A stretch of DNA of 63,360 nt, counting the filler, from Atractiella rhizophila (lineage: Eukaryota), in the NCBI GenBank assembly GCA_021432655.1. It is 4 parts of 4 records of this genome, joined end to end, with 100 filler letters (N's around TTAATTAATTAA, not from the genome) between each part and the next. Parts side by side here need not be neighbours in the genome. Positions count along the whole stretch, not along the records: positions 36,218 to 54,149 come from MU271868.1; positions 54,250 to 63,360 come from MU271883.1; 2 more parts are not named here. One strand, given 5' to 3'. Positions 47,908-61,798 of the stretch are shown in pieces. A program made the position numbers and the translations under genes. Numbering within the stretch: the first letter of the stretch is position 1; the number at the start of each line of letters is the position of its first letter. Under the pieces are notes generated by a model. The model was not told the origin of the DNA. It worked only from the letters and a program-made list of their open reading frames with translations, and did no database searches.

Positions 47908-50900
47908 TTAAGACATAAACAGGAGGCCATCAGGATTGTTGAACTGATCTGCTTTGGAAAATGGAGATGCCAGATTGTCTCCCGTCGACGTCGGGTATGA
48001 GCTTGAGACCGGAGTAAGTTGGTGCGACTTGAGGTCATCGATATCCATTCTGAGTCCAGAATTGAGCGCCGATAAACGGTTAGAAAGTTCGTTCTGGTCT
48101 TGAACATGGCGGATGTCTGCAGAGTCATCTGCTCTTGTGTGATCTTGAGCAGGAATGTTTCCGACAGCGCTGAGCATGTCCTCGATGTCAAAGGAAGAGG
48201 AGGTCGGCATGAAGCCAGACAACATCTCCGCCAGGGAATCCGAGACGCGAAGGTTCTCGTCGAAAGTAAGAGCAGTATTCGATGGAGCAGGAGGATAAGA
48301 TATTGAAGGAGCAGAAAACACTGAAGGATCAAGGTTGGCGTTGAGGTTATGTTCTCTGACCTGGGTTGCCAGGCGTTCTGAAAGCTCGTTAACGCAATCT
48401 TCGGTATCCCAAGCCCATCCTAGCTGCTTCAAAGCGTCGATGCACCTGGTCGATTTATGAATGATTGAAATAGAGAGCAAGAGGAGAAGACGAACAACTG
48501 CACTTCTCGCACTTTGGTCTCCTGGTTCCAAGAATTCGGTCGTGGATCATTTGTCGCAGGAGCATCGAGGAGAATTTCAGCCGTCGAATAAAGGAGGTCA
48601 AAGCTGAGTCCCCCGCCCATAAACAACGTAGTAGAGAGATTTTTCTGATATGTACCGATGATCACCATTACCTTCTGGCGGCAGAAAAGACATGACACTG
48701 CGTACCTCGACAATCCTGGCTACATCTCTCGAAGCCTTGAGAACTCTTCTGCCACTTTCCCTTCTGAAGCTCTCCCATACCTCCCACTCCCGTCTCTTCT
48801 CCCCTCCCAGCATATCGAACCCTCCAAGCGCATCCACCACGTCTGCATGCCTTTCGCCCACCCATCGATGCGCGGCTTCTATCACTTTAGCTCTGGAGAC
48901 TGTTAACACTCTTATTGTTCCTTCAAATTTGTCCGCCAAGCTACCGAGCACAGTCTTCTTGCGTGCGTCGAAGGTCGAGATGAGCATGTCGCTCTCATCT
49001 GTTCCTTGCCAGAATTTGCGAAGGGCCATATCCTCATCAGTTCGCGAACGAGTTGGTAGGTCTGCCCACAGATCCATGTTTGTCATTTATTGACACGAAC
49101 GTTTCGTCAGAGAGAAAGAAAAACATACGGACGAGACAGTTCCGCGCTAGCTCTCTTGCCACATTTGTCCAGTGACTGAAAAGCCCTATGCTTGCGGCAC
49201 GAGCAACCATTCCCCCATCATCCGAATTGAGCTCTGCCATCACTGACTCGAAACGCGGGTTGAGAGAGACCGGTGAGAGGATCTCAACATCTTCCTTCGT
49301 GCTATGGGTTGTTGGTCAGAGAGCTCTTTCTTCTTCATTGGGGAACCGAAAGGCAAACATATGTGGTAGTCTTCTCGAGAGACATGCATTAAGCGCGTCC
49401 CTTATCTATCGCCACACAGTCAATCGAAGTCTCTTTCTTTCGAGTAAGGAAGCGTACATAAACGAACCACCAAATCAGTCCACCTTCAATATTCTTCAAC
49501 TCCTTCTCTTCTGCCTCCTTCACGCCTACGTCTCCTAAACTTGTTGGGCTCGCGGTGGCACTTCCTCCGACGGCTGCATCCCTCTCCCTTGCCAATGGAT
49601 ACTGGGCATAATATTTTAACTCGCGCATGTGTTCCACCGCTGCGGCGATCATAGGATGTCCATTTGAATGAGTCGGGTTACCCCCTATGTATCATGACCA
49701 ACATCAGATCAGTGTGTTTCTCTCGTTATGATTGCAAGAGGAGGAATACGGACAGTTGACCAAGCATTCGAGCAATACCAAACTCCTAACATTATCCACG
49801 CTCCTCCTCCTCCACACCCCCATACGATCCGCAGTCTCGAATGCCCTCGATAGCATAGCAGCGGCAAATGGGGCCCGGTGTTTGCCATACGGTATAAAGT
49901 CTTTGGAATGCTGTGCGAGGAGCGAGGGGATGGTTGGTGGCGACGGTGTGGCATTGGAAGGAGAGGTATGAGGTGGTGCAGGAAGGAGGGAAGGATGGGA
50001 TGAGACGCGCGCGCCGAAGGCTTGAATTACGGAGAGAAGGCACTGAAACCTTATTGAACAGAGATTGGGATGCGTATGTAGAAGTGGCCCTACCTCGTCA
50101 ATGTGCCCCAGATCTCCTAATGTTCCTTCAGAATAATTGATAAATTGATCCGCCTCAAGGATTGGGATCTGTGGATGAGTGTACTGAATAATGGTCATCG
50201 AATCATGCGTCAACAAGCAACTTGAATAGATATGAACCCTTACGAGGAAGTAGCTCTGTATCAGCTCCTTTCCCACCTCCTCATCTATCTCACCAATCCC
50301 ACCACTCCTTTCATCAGCCACAGATCCAATCCTCAACGTCTTGTCCCTCCCAGCAGACCTTGAACCGCTCGCAAAAGGGGTCGCCAGCGACTCGCCATCC
50401 TGGATCTCTCCTTCTGTCAGATGGTCAGGGTCGGGAGTAGGTTTGGGATGCGTGTTGGAGCCAAACAGGTTTCTGGATGGATATATCCTCCTGTAAGAAG
50501 AGTGTAGCAGTGAAAAATGGGAACTACGAACTTAGCTTGCGCTATCAACTTCCCACCTCTCTCTTTTGGCTTCTTGTGTTCCGTGCAAGCGATTCCTTTG
50601 CTGAACCGACATTGAATCACTCAGCCTAGTTTGCAGAGAGGTATGGAAACGGACCGCTCGCACTGACTACAGGACCATTCACGGCCTTCTTGTCCCCTAT
50701 TTTCGATACAGATAAGTAAGTATCGGCACCTCTCCTGGAGAAGAAAAGGAGGGACGGACCTGTCACCTATTTAGATGAAATTGGGAATGATCAGCTAAAA
50801 TTTTGTGCAATGGTCGTGGAAAGAATATGACGCACATCTCACTCTACGTAGTCTGTTCCCAAGAAAGTCATGTTATTACTTCTCACTTCTATTTGAACTT

Positions 50901-51206
50901 AAGAAGACGGAAGAGGAGAAAAGACGAACCTGCAACTATCGCATGCCTGGCTCGCTATACCACCCAATTTATTCCATAGGTCTATTAAGTAAGAGCTGGC
51001 TTACCCTACGCGCCGAACACGGTTAACTTGAGCCCAAAAAAAGACAGCGATAAGGAGAAACAAAGACAACTCACTCTCACCCTCTTCTTCCCCGCTTCCG
51101 CCTGAACGGTCAATGGCGCCTGTACCGACGCCTGACGCTGTCCTCCCGGGCCAGGGGGAGGCCTAATCTGAGGTGCAGGTGCTGGTGGTGGTGGAACCTG
51201 AGGCAT
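47908..51206 (-). CDS. Zn(II)2Cys6 fungal transcription factor
   Basis: Spliced ACDSCRSEKVRCDRGQEGREWSCSQCERKGIACT; fungal TF middle region (LIQSYFL, YTHPQIPIL); 3' end approximate. Confidence 0.85.
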
Positions 51207-51856
51207 GGGATCGAGGTGCGGGAAAGGGTCGTTCAGAGGAAGGGCCGACGAATTTTCTGGTCAACTTCCTCCACACGTCCGGTCCGTGCACTATCCCAGC
51301 AACTTCCCTCGATGTTTTTTTTGTGCCTTGGGATTGTTGTTTGGGCACAGATGCGCTTGTGCGGTCGACACTGATTCTCTTGGGATTTCGATGTCGTTGT
51401 TCCCACTTTGTGGAAGAATTCAGTTCACGGTGCACTTAGATCACTTCAAGTTCATTTCGGTGAGCTTAGGAGGGACATTTATTATTTACGCCATGCACGC
51501 CATTCTCAGCACCTCAGGAAAGAGGACTAGTGGGGTGGAGGCTCCTCAAATCAAGTAACGGGGAAGAAAAAGAAGATTTATTTCGCCATCTCCTGGTTGA
51601 AGTAGAGAGGAGAAAACCAGTAAAGGATCATAGTAATCATAGGTCGATGATGGGGGAGGGGGAAGGGCGATGAAATATGAAGTTCTTCTTTTATCAATCA
51701 ATCAATCCATCAAATCCTCATCTCATTTCCATCTCTCTCTCTTTCCCCCGCCGCCTCTCTTCTTCCAATTCCACCAGCACAACCCCTCACTCCTTTTCAA
51801 TCTACTAGCCAGATCACTCAACACACCAGAAAAATGGTGAGAAAAGACTTACACGC

Positions 51857-53976
51857 TCACTGACCTTCCGCAGGCCTCCTCGAATACTCATCCAAAACAG
51901 CCATCGCCTCCCTGACCTTCGCATTGAGAGCATTGGGATCCTCCACCAAACTAAGAAGTTCAGCGTTGTCCATCTCCAACAGCATACCCGTGATCTTGCC
52001 GGCTAGCTCAGGCTGAACCTCTTGAATCTTTGGATACAGATTCTCTCCCAGGATTTGCTTGTGGTCAGCGGGATTAGCTGCCGCCAAAGTAGCAGCGATG
52101 GCAGACTGCTGCGGAGGGGGAAGGGTTGCTCCAGGTCCGCTAGAAGGAGAAACGGGCTCTCCATTCGCTCCGCGTCCAGGGGGCTTGCCAGCATAACCAC
52201 CACGAGCAGCAGCTGCTCCTCGTCCTACTCCATTCACTCCTCCACCACGAGGTCCAGTCCCAGTCACGCCAGGTCCACCACGACCGCGACCGGCAGCAGG
52301 TCCAGCACCGGGAGGGAAGGGAGGCATGTTGTATGGCATCGGGGGAGGATATTGGGGTCGCCCACCTGGACCCGGTGGCATCCTTGCACCAGGTTGACCT
52401 ATACCGACACAGATGGTTAGTTCTATTCTTGGCTCAAAGAAAGAGGGGATTAAAAAAAGGAGAAATCTAACCTGGGTACATCGCCCGACCACCTGGAGGA
52501 GGATACGCAGGAGCACCGTAGTACATGGGATGAGGGTTCATGTAAGGGAGGCCAGGAATACCAGAAGCGGCCTATTCAACCAACAGAAAGTTAGCCAGAG
52601 CTCAAACGCAAAATGGTAGCAAGGAAAAACGCACGAGCTGCTGGTTCCTAAGTTGATTCCTCTGCGCAATCTGCGCCTCCAGCTGCTGTTTCCTCACATC
52701 CTTCCTCTGTGCAAGCGACACGTATAGCGGTTTCGTTCCAATCATCTTTCCGTTCAACTCGTTCACCGCCTTCGTCGCTTCGTCAGGAGCAGAGAAACAG
52801 ACGAAGCCGAAACCTTTCGAATTTCCCTTGTCGTCCTCCATGATCTTTGTCGAAGTGATCGTTCCGTATTTCGAAAATTCGGCTTCGAGTTTCTCCTTCG
52901 TCCAGTCGTCGTCCATATTCTTGATGTAGAGGTTAACACCTTGATACTTCAAGGTTTTCTCGTATTTCTGCTGTTCATAACTCCTCCTCAAATCTTCCTC
53001 CCTCTCGCTCTTCTTCTGGGCCCTCGTGACAAACAGCTCCTTCCCTTTGAATGGTTTCTTATGCAAATCATCAACCGCCCTCTTCGCATGCTCGTGATTC
53101 TCAAAATTTACGAATCCAAATCCCTTGGACTTTCCTTCTTCGTCTCTCTGAACGATTGCGGAGGTAACAGGTCCAAAAGCCTCGAAAAGCTGTCTGAACT
53201 CTTCATCGGTTGCCTCCGGGTCGATCTCCTTGATGTACAGATTCGTAAACCTCGACCTAATCTCGTCAATCTTTGCTTGCCTCTCCCTCTTGGGGATATG
53301 AGGGCCGACAAAGACGACTTTATCGTTGAGAAGCATGCCATTGACCCTCTCGATCGCCTCTTGTGCAGCCTCAGCAGTGTCGTAGTGAACGAAACCGTAG
53401 CCTTTCGATTGGCCTTGATCGTCAACAGCGACTTTGCAGGAGAGGATGTTGCCGAATGCGGCAAAAGTGTCGTGAAGAGCCTTGTTGTCGATATTCTCAT
53501 CAAGGTTCTTAATGAAGATGTTGCCAGCAGAGGTCTTGCGCAGAGAAGGGTCGCGTTGAGACCACATGATCCGGCAGGGTTTATTCTTGATTAAGGAGTA
53601 ATTGAGCTGTTCCAGAGCGCGTTCACCTGCATCGAACACGTGGAATTAAACTCTCATTTCGCGAACTAAAAGAAGACATACTGTCGCCAGAACCAACGTA
53701 GTTAACATAGGCGTACCCCAAACTCCTCCTCGTCACCGCATCCCTGCAGACACGAATGCTTGCCACTTGCCCAATCATCGAGAAGATTTCGTAAAGCATC
53801 GCTTCGGTGACAGTTGGGTCCAACTCTCCAACATAGAGCGAAGTTCCTCCGGGAGAGGTCGGGACAGCCGGAACTTGTTGAGGAGGGGGAGGAGGCATGT
53901 GAACGGGAACACCGTCAGCTTGGGGAGGGTAGGCACCTTCGGATGACGGCATAGGAGGAGCGACTTCAGCAGACAT
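51857..53976 (-). CDS. PAB1: Polyadenylate-binding protein
   Basis: Four RRMs ([34 protein letters not shown]) and MLLE domain [12 protein letters not shown]...[11 protein letters not shown]. Confidence 0.97.
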
Positions 53977-54149
53977 TTTTTCGATTTTCGAATATGGTTT
54001 AGTCGACGGAGACGTTCGTGAGCGTTACTGAGTTTCTAGAATGCGAGTCGGCAACAATGCGTATAACAATGAAGGAGAATGGGGGAGGACAACAAAGGGA
54101 CGGCGCGCACGGACCAACCCAGGAACAACAATGCGGGGGACGGGAAAAA

Positions 54150-54249
54150 NNNNNNNNNNNNNNNNNNNNNNNNNNNNNNNNNNNNNNNNNNNNTTAATTA
54201 ATTAANNNNNNNNNNNNNNNNNNNNNNNNNNNNNNNNNNNNNNNNNNNN
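54150..54249. other. Assembly gap with TTAATTAATTAA linker
   Basis: N block with linker. Confidence 0.95.
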
Positions 54250-54748
54250 GGCGTTCAGGAACACGACGTTGCGAGCTTGAGCTCGGACGGAAAGGAAATG
54301 TCCTTCGACGACAAATCTGTTTGAACTACGATTTGTCCTTGAATTTCTGTCTGATATGTAACCTGCTGGGCAATCCATGATATGCTTTGGGATGACTGCT
54401 TAATTAATCTCCAAAATGGTTGTGAGATACACCCTGTATAATCAATCTATGCATTCCGAGGAGTCTTCCCACATAGTCGTCGCAGAACTCTGAACCTGTC
54501 CCAATATATCACGTGTTCGCCATGGTCACTACAGCTCCAAGCTAAGCTTTCTTCCTGCTACTCGACAGCAGTGGTAAGAACCATTTTCTTTAGTCGAATT
54601 AATTTGTAAAGGTTACTCTGACGCCGATTGAGGCGTTGGACGATCAAAATATCTAGGAGAAGCAAGTGGGTGAGCGGGTGAGCTGTTGCATACACCTCAA
54701 TTACCCTGACAAGAACTTCTCAAACAGCGCGAGTGATCGGTTTACGCT

Positions 54749-55888
54749 ATGGACCGCCTTCCAAAGGAGATATTCATGCAGATAGTGCCATTCCTAGACG
54801 ACGCTTCTTCAAAACAAGATATTTCTCGTCTTTGCTTGCTCTCCAAGTCATGGCTGCCTTTCGTCCGCTCGATCCTTTATTCATGGGTGGATCTCTCTCC
54901 CATCTGGCGGCTGGAACTTTTCTACTTTACTTTACTGTCGCACCCAAACTATGCGCCATTGGTCAAAAGCCTGAAGTTAGCGCTCACAAGCTCATTTTTT
55001 CCCCAGCAGGAGCTCGGGCAGACGGTCTCCGAAGGGGATCCTTTATCTCGACTCACCGCCATCGTGGAATGGACGAAGGACACATTAAGATACCTCTCCC
55101 TTAAAGCGGAAGGATTGGACCTGCTGGACATCCGCCAGGATGTTTTCACCTCTGCAGTTCCGATTGTACTCTCATTCCCACACTTACAGTCGTTTCACCT
55201 CGATACGTTTTCTGGGATGCTTGATCTTCGTACGCTCATGGGAATGCTCCAGCAAATGCCACATCTTCTCGACCTTTCCCTGTCCTTCATACGCTCCTCT
55301 GCGCCGCTAACGCAGGATGCTTCGTTTCTGTCTAATTTGGCCCAACAACCCCAGTACTCACTACAGCGCCTATCTTTTAACTACGTCTTTTTATTATCTG
55401 CAGAAGAACTCAAATTCATATTGGGACGAACTGAGAGAGGACAACAAGGCACGCTCAAACATCTTCGATGTTGCTGCTTCACTCATACGACTGATGTGGT
55501 GCGGGAATGGGGAGCATCAATTGAACAGCTTTCGCTAGATAATAGTCTCGGGTTTTTGGATTCATTCATTGCTGAAAGTCAGGAAAGCCTTCAAGTCTGC
55601 CAAAAGCTACAAGTCATTGTATTAACTGGCACCATTGCTCGAGGAGGAGTTGAGATGCTGGAAGTAGTTTCTCAGACAGTGATCAAGGTGGTATTGAAGG
55701 ACCTGATTCGATTGCAGAATTTGGATCCATTCCTGGAAAGACTTCAGTACAATAGGATTGCGAGTGAAAAGGATAGGTGGTCTGTAAAATGTATCGAAGT
55801 GGAGAGAGTGGTGGAAGGGTGGACTGGAATCGAGTCGCTTGCGGAGCGGTTTACATCGTGCGGTGTACTTCTTCGTTGGACCAAGTAG
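54749..55888 (+). CDS. F-box/LRR-like protein, intronless
   Basis: 379-aa ORF; LPKEIFMQIVPFL...LCLLSKSW...ILY followed by leucine-rich repeats. Confidence 0.8.
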   Translation: MDRLPKEIFMQIVPFLDDASSKQDISRLCLLSKSWLPFVRSILYSWVDLSPIWRLELFYFTLLSHPNYAPLVKSLKLALTSSFFPQQELGQTVSEGDPLSRLTAIVEWTKDTLRYLSLKAEGLDLLDIRQDVFTSAVPIVLSFPHLQSFHLDTFSGMLDLRTLMGMLQQMPHLLDLSLSFIRSSAPLTQDASFLSNLAQQPQYSLQRLSFNYVFLLSAEELKFILGRTERGQQGTLKHLRCCCFTHTTDVVREWGASIEQLSLDNSLGFLDSFIAESQESLQVCQKLQVIVLTGTIARGGVEMLEVVSQTVIKVVLKDLIRLQNLDPFLERLQYNRIASEKDRWSVKCIEVERVVEGWTGIESLAERFTSCGVLLRWTK

Positions 55889-56420
55889 AAATCATATACT
55901 ATGCCGTTGATGTAAAATACATGCGCATCAGGTATTGAAACCTCTTTCACAAGTTGAGTCAGGAGTCCAACGAAGTAAACCAAAACCGGATATTACGATA
56001 TTACATTCTATACGGAACCTATTCCTTAACTAATCCATTTCTTCTCACTTCTCACATGATACGAACTAGAATTGAAATTCCTTCCCAGGTACAATCGACG
56101 CAATGACACACTGGGTTTCTGGGCTCTCTTGGATGGCGCGTTGGCTGCCGGCTGCCAGTGCAACATAGAGATCGCGACTATGGAGGCATTGGACCAGCCC
56201 AAGGACTTGTCAATACCCACAAAGATTGGTTCCCAGACAATGCTATACATAGTGATAAGTCCGAGTCCATGGCACATTGGTTGCATTTTCAAATTCTGAT
56301 GGCGTAGCAAAACAGGCTAGCTAGCAGCATCAACCAAGGCATCAACACGAAATATCGACGTTATATCAACGTTCAGTCAACATCACCTTTGTTCTCGCTG
56401 CAACAGCCAATTCGCCATAG

Positions 56421-57118
56421 ATGTCTTCGTACGGTACGATCTCAACGGCAAACGCTCCTCAAGCACTCGGGCCGTACTGTATCTACCTTCCATTCAATTA
56501 CTTAGTTTTGGACTGATGGAGCTACAGCACAGGCGACCAAAGCTGGCGGTCTCATATTTACTTCCGCTCAAGGAGGTGAGGAACTCTGGGAATAACCCTT
56601 TGGTGTAACGTTTTGGCCTGCGTTCTTAGGCTTCGATCATACTACCATGACGCTCGTCCCAGGTGGTGTGGAAGCTCAAGCTGTCCGTCAATTCTCTTAA
56701 GGTTGAAAATGATCTGACGAGTGAAATTATCATTGTGTAGAAGAAAGTCCTTGAAAATATGACTGCCATCGTCCGCGCCGGAGGCTCAGATATACAAGAC
56801 ATCGTCAAAGTCACCGGTAAGTACTTCATCATTCAAGCAGAATGCTGATAAAGACGCATATGCGCAAGTTTTTTTCTCGGACCTGAACGATTTCGCGAAA
56901 GTTAATGCTGTCTATGCGGAATGGTTTGGAGAGCACAAGCCAGCAAGAAGCGCAGTTGAGGTGCTTGTTCGATAAACTCTTTTCACAAAACTGAATGAAA
57001 CAACAGGTCGCAAAGCTCCCGGCTGGTTGCCTCATTGGTTAGTCTCATTCCGGTTGTTAAACAGGCAAGTGACACGAATTGTGTAGGCATGGAGTGCATC
57101 GCAATTGCTAAGAATTGA
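56421..57118 (+). CDS. RidA/YjgF/YER057c/UK114 family imine deaminase (Mmf1/Hmf1-like)
   Basis: [65 protein letters not shown]...MECIA. Confidence 0.9.
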
Positions 57119-58432
57119 TGGCTGCTAGTAATGATGTAGCTTTAGTCTTGTCTTGTCACCGTCAATCTAGCAACACTGCTATGGAATTAATGGCATTGAG
57201 CCTCGAAATTTGTGCGGGAACAGAAATGAAATTATGCATCCACCCATTCCAAAAGTGGCAAAGCTCTCACCGTGCTTCAGTCCTCTCTCCCACTTCCTTC
57301 ACTTTCGGCGGAAGGACTTTAACACCCAACCTCCTATCCCTCCCCAACTTCTCCGTTTCTCTCGGCAACCTATCTTCTCTACTCCTCACAATGCCAACGT
57401 AGAGCTTGCTCTTTCGCTTGTAAACCAGATTTTTTAGCTGTGGATTCCAGAACGGGTTCTCCATTCCGGTGGCGGGAGGATGGGGATCGTTGGAGGAGTC
57501 GGCCAGCGGTAGAAGCGCACGAAGCCAGGGATGAGAGCGTGAAGTGTGTGGTCGCGAGCTATGTACACCTATGTCCATAAAAAAGAGGCAGAGAATCAGC
57601 GAGCGCAAGGTAGCGGAAAGAGAGGGAACCATACGTGTTGTCCAGCGTGAATCTTCGTTCCCCGTTGTCTCACTAGAATCTCGCCAGCTTTCACTTCTAC
57701 ACCTTTTACCACCAAACAAGTTCAGCCTACAATGGGAAAAAAAGAGACACGCGGACCTTCCCAGCGTTTGATACCCAGTCTCCTTCCTCGAGAATCACGT
57801 CCATTGTTGGTGTAACCTGCCGCTCGCTTCGTTGCAGTTCGCACTTGCTGGCTGCAGACTGTTGACGCAAAGAGACAGAATCAGTACTAGTTAGATAGTT
57901 GAATGTAGGCATACGCACAGGAGAGGAAAGACGAGGCTCGGTGTGAGAGCGAGAGAGCGTGAGAAGAGGAAATGAGCATCGTTGTAACTTGCGAAAATTT
58001 GAGTCATGGTCTGCGGCATCCTGTTCTTGTTCTTCGCCTCACACCTGCAGGCTGAAAACAAAGCATGGATGTTAGAAGCGGAATGTCCATTTTGCTGTGA
58101 ATGAGGTGATTGTGCGTCTTGCTGCTTACTATCTCACTTCTCTCGTTTTGTGGAGTCAGAGCCTCTTTGTCAAAGGAACGTGTCAAAAAACGTAAATGTG
58201 GCTTCTGCCGCGCTTTGTTGAGTCTTGACCATTGAAGTGGAACATAACGGGGAAGCCGAGTTGTATGTGTATTCAGACGAAGCTCTAAATATTCCTTAGA
58301 TCAACATTTGTAGGCAGCCAGATTCTGCGTTGCACAGTCAGACCCTGGCTTTGTATTGGAATATATCAATATTTTTGTTAAGTTCTTGTAGGGACTTGTG
58401 CTATTGCTGCTGTAATAGCGAATGAAATCTAT

Positions 58433-59159
58433 TCATACCATGCTCTCTACTAACGACTTGATCAAAGCCTCTACAACGGCGACAGCTCCTCCTATCTCAT
58501 TTTCTGTTAATGGAGGGATATGAAGAAACACAGTGTTCTTCTTCCCTCGCTTTCCCATCTCCCTCAATCCGACATAATAAATGAAACCGCAGACAAAGTT
58601 GCCAACATCGTCCCGCAGTTTCACCTCAACTTTTCTGCCCTCCTTCCTAGCTTTCCCTTTTCCGCCTCCTCCAAGTGTCAAGCCACGAACGCCAATCTCC
58701 CATTTCTCAACCACCGTATCCAAGTCCAAGTCGGACGCTAACACGTCTGGGTCCTTCCCGAAATTCTGCTTGGACTCTCCTCGAGTGAAGACCTTCCCTT
58801 TGTTGTCAGGCATCTCGTGATAGCCTTCCTTCTTCGCTGAGCGTTCGAGGGTAAAATAGTCGATTTCTTGATCCAGTCCGATATGGAGGACGAGGTCAGG
58901 CTCATGTTCGTTTATGAGAGCAGGAATGAGGGAGTGGATTGCATGGTATTCTGATTGCATGGCTGTGGAAGGAGTGATAATGGTGACGTTCGGGTAAGAG
59001 TTGATGGTGGTGGGAAGTCTAGACACGATGAGCCAAGAGGGATTGATGACGACTTTGTTAAAAGACTGACATCGTCAAAGTTGTCAGATATGTAAGAGTG
59101 AAAGATTGACGGCACTAAACCCCAAAACCAGTCACCAATACTTTAACTCCTCCTTCCAT
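58433..59159 (-). CDS. Pyroglutamyl-peptidase I (peptidase C15)
   Basis: KVLVTGFG|...NPSW, PDLVLHIGL, TLER, DDVGNFVCGFIYY, FLHIP (Glu/Cys/His triad). Confidence 0.9.
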
Positions 59160-60077
59160 GATTGCCCTGATTACTTTGAAATTTACGGCTCCCTGGGATG
59201 CAGTCGTGCAGAAGAAAAGTTGAATAAGCTTCACAGAGGCGAGTCATTACCCCATATCATCGCTCGTGGCACGAGTGAAAGCCGAGCAAGCCCTCTGAGA
59301 AGATTGTTCTTACAGCCAGGTAGTAGACAGAAGTAGCATCATGAGACGTTGTAATATTTCATGACTGCCAGTGACTCGCGATCACAAGATCAGGCAGGAC
59401 AATGTCACTGACCTGAAAATTGCTACATTTCGACGGCATGACCGCTTCAAACAAGAATCCTCTTGAAAAACGACAGAAAACCGACCATACCAAACTACTG
59501 CATAGCGAAGTCGAAGAAGAAAGTGGAAGGCGTTGAGTGGGGGTTGAGTGATTTTGGCAACGTTTACAATGCTTGAGTAGACGAGAAGTAGAGAGAAGCG
59601 TCCAAGTTTTGAAAGTATAGTTAGATAGAAGATAGACTTGGACGTGAAATAATCAATCAAGTAAATAATACAGACTGAGGGAGACTGCCGCAGAGAAGAA
59701 GGCAAGAGTGATTAAAGCACAACATCTTTACAGAAGAGAAATAACCCAAACAGGCGAACGAAGAAAATCATAAGCCGGGTATTTTGGAAAACGATGTTGT
59801 GTTGGTATCGGTTCGCCAACAGCGGCAGGGTGTATTGGTGAAAGGGGGAATAAACCGAAGATGAGCGTTATCGAGCATATCTTCGTCATACTTTTGATCC
59901 GATCCGTAATCGTCACGTTACGAGGAACAGAAGAGCATCGTCAGTCGTAAATGATTTCGCTGAACGTAAGGGTGAACTGGGATGAAAAGAAGTCGAACTC
60001 TTTGAGATTCCGGCGGCATTTCCGACGGAAAAATTTGCACACATCGATCGTGGGAAGTCATAAGGCACTCATCTCTC

Positions 60078-61225
60078 CTACAAAAGAGGAGCGCTCGTCC
60101 TCGTCCAATCGTTTCTACCCGTGGGATCAACTGGAATCGCGGTTTTGCCAGATTTCGACGAGCTTATTGACATGTCCTCAATCGATTTGTTTATTCGGAA
60201 TGGATACACTTCAGACGGCCATTTCTTGGTCCCTATGCTGGAAGAAGCTGTCGAGGGCATTGGCGAGTCTGGGCGGTACACTCCAGGGGGAGGCAACAGG
60301 CGTGCATCGTACTTAGAGCGTGGCACACGAGGATGCTCATCTATTCAAGAAATTTTTAACAATGACGACGTTGTAGCGGCTTAAAGGACGTACAGATCTG
60401 CGCGCTCCTGTGTTTCCTTCCTTCTCGTCGATGATCCTCTCCTGGATCCATTTCGATTCGAAGTCCTCCTCCGTGCTTCTTCCACTTCTGATCAAATTCA
60501 TCAGCTGAACTGTGCGACATGCTCCCAATACCAGAGTCCCAACTGGTTCTTCTCGACGTATCATGTCCATTCCAGAATGCAGAATGAGTTGAAGGGGTGG
60601 AGGAGGTTGAGGAGGTAGCATCTGGAGAAGGGAGTCCAGACATGGTACGATAGGGTATGACAGGAAGAGTGCTTGTGTTTGAGAGAGGCGAAGACTTGAC
60701 CGGAGCATTTGTAACACTGGAACGGGACTTCATACTCTTCGGACCACTTGGAACGCTTGGAACGTAGCTGGCGCTGACGGAGCGTCGTCCTCTCCTATCA
60801 ATCCCTTCCGTACCTTCAACCATGAAATAGGCATGTGGATGAGCGGACGTAGGCGATCCTCTACCTTCCATCGTTTCTGCAATGCTTGGTTGGTATGCTT
60901 CCGGCACCAAACCGTTCTCGGCAGTATTGACAGGAGACGGCGAGAATGCAACGAGATCAAAGTTGAAATTGCTGAACTTTTTGGGAGGAGAGCCCATTGG
61001 CGCGGCGGAGGCTTGATGCTGTTCGAAATCTGCAGACGAGACGAATCCCGTCGTACTCCTTGAGCGCCAATGACCCAGGCCAGAAGCAGGCTTCGGTCCC
61101 TCCCACAACTTGCCTCTCAAAACCGGTCCCCATTGCTCCCTCTCCCCCACGTTATCGCTGTATCTCCTCACCAATGGAGGGCGAGAAATGTTCTCCTGTG
61201 ACCCTTCCGGCTCCTTCGTCTTCAC
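60078..61225 (-). CDS. Hypothetical Ser/Pro-rich protein, part of a larger multi-exon gene
   Basis: 289-aa ORF 60356-61225 plus a downstream exon-like ORF; full limits unresolved and may cross the 61799 gap. Confidence 0.5.
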
Positions 61226-61798
61226 CCCCTACGATCAGTGAGTGGAGCGTGAGAAGCGGCAGGAAGTAGGGAAGTAGTAGAGAGGTTATTTGGAGAATTA
61301 CGGAGCAGACTTAGGGAGAGCAGTAGGGAGGTAAGATTTAGGAGGAGGAGAGCTTCCGCGCTAGTGAGCAGGAGTGCTGGGTCCAAGTGAGCTGTAGTAC
61401 CTCATCCGTCATTAACCAGTTGAGAGGGTGTTGCTAGCGGGCAGCATCGGCTTCGCAGGCATAGCAGATGCTAAGTCAGAAAGTCCCTTCTTGCAGACAG
61501 CAGCAGCAGCTGGAGAAGTGGGTATGCAAGTGTCTAATTTCTGGAACGTCGCGGCTATGGTTCCGCTGGAAGGGTCCAGTCCAAACACCTGTTTGGCCTC
61601 TACTAAGTCCTCCCGTTCCTCGGCTTCTACCGTGTTGTTGGTGGAATCTGCTACTTCTTCTAATGGCAGTCGCATGGTCGCGAGAACCTAACTCGATACT
61701 TAGACCTCGATCAAAAAGTAGAGTTCGATGCCACTGCCTTATGAGCCGTCGCTTCCTTAGAGTTTTATTACTCGGCTTAGTAGGAAGCTTGCAGCCTC

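Noticed and set aside
52941..53594. 217-aa ORF antisense to PAB1 and similar shadow ORFs
   Set aside because: Explained by codon bias of the sense gene.
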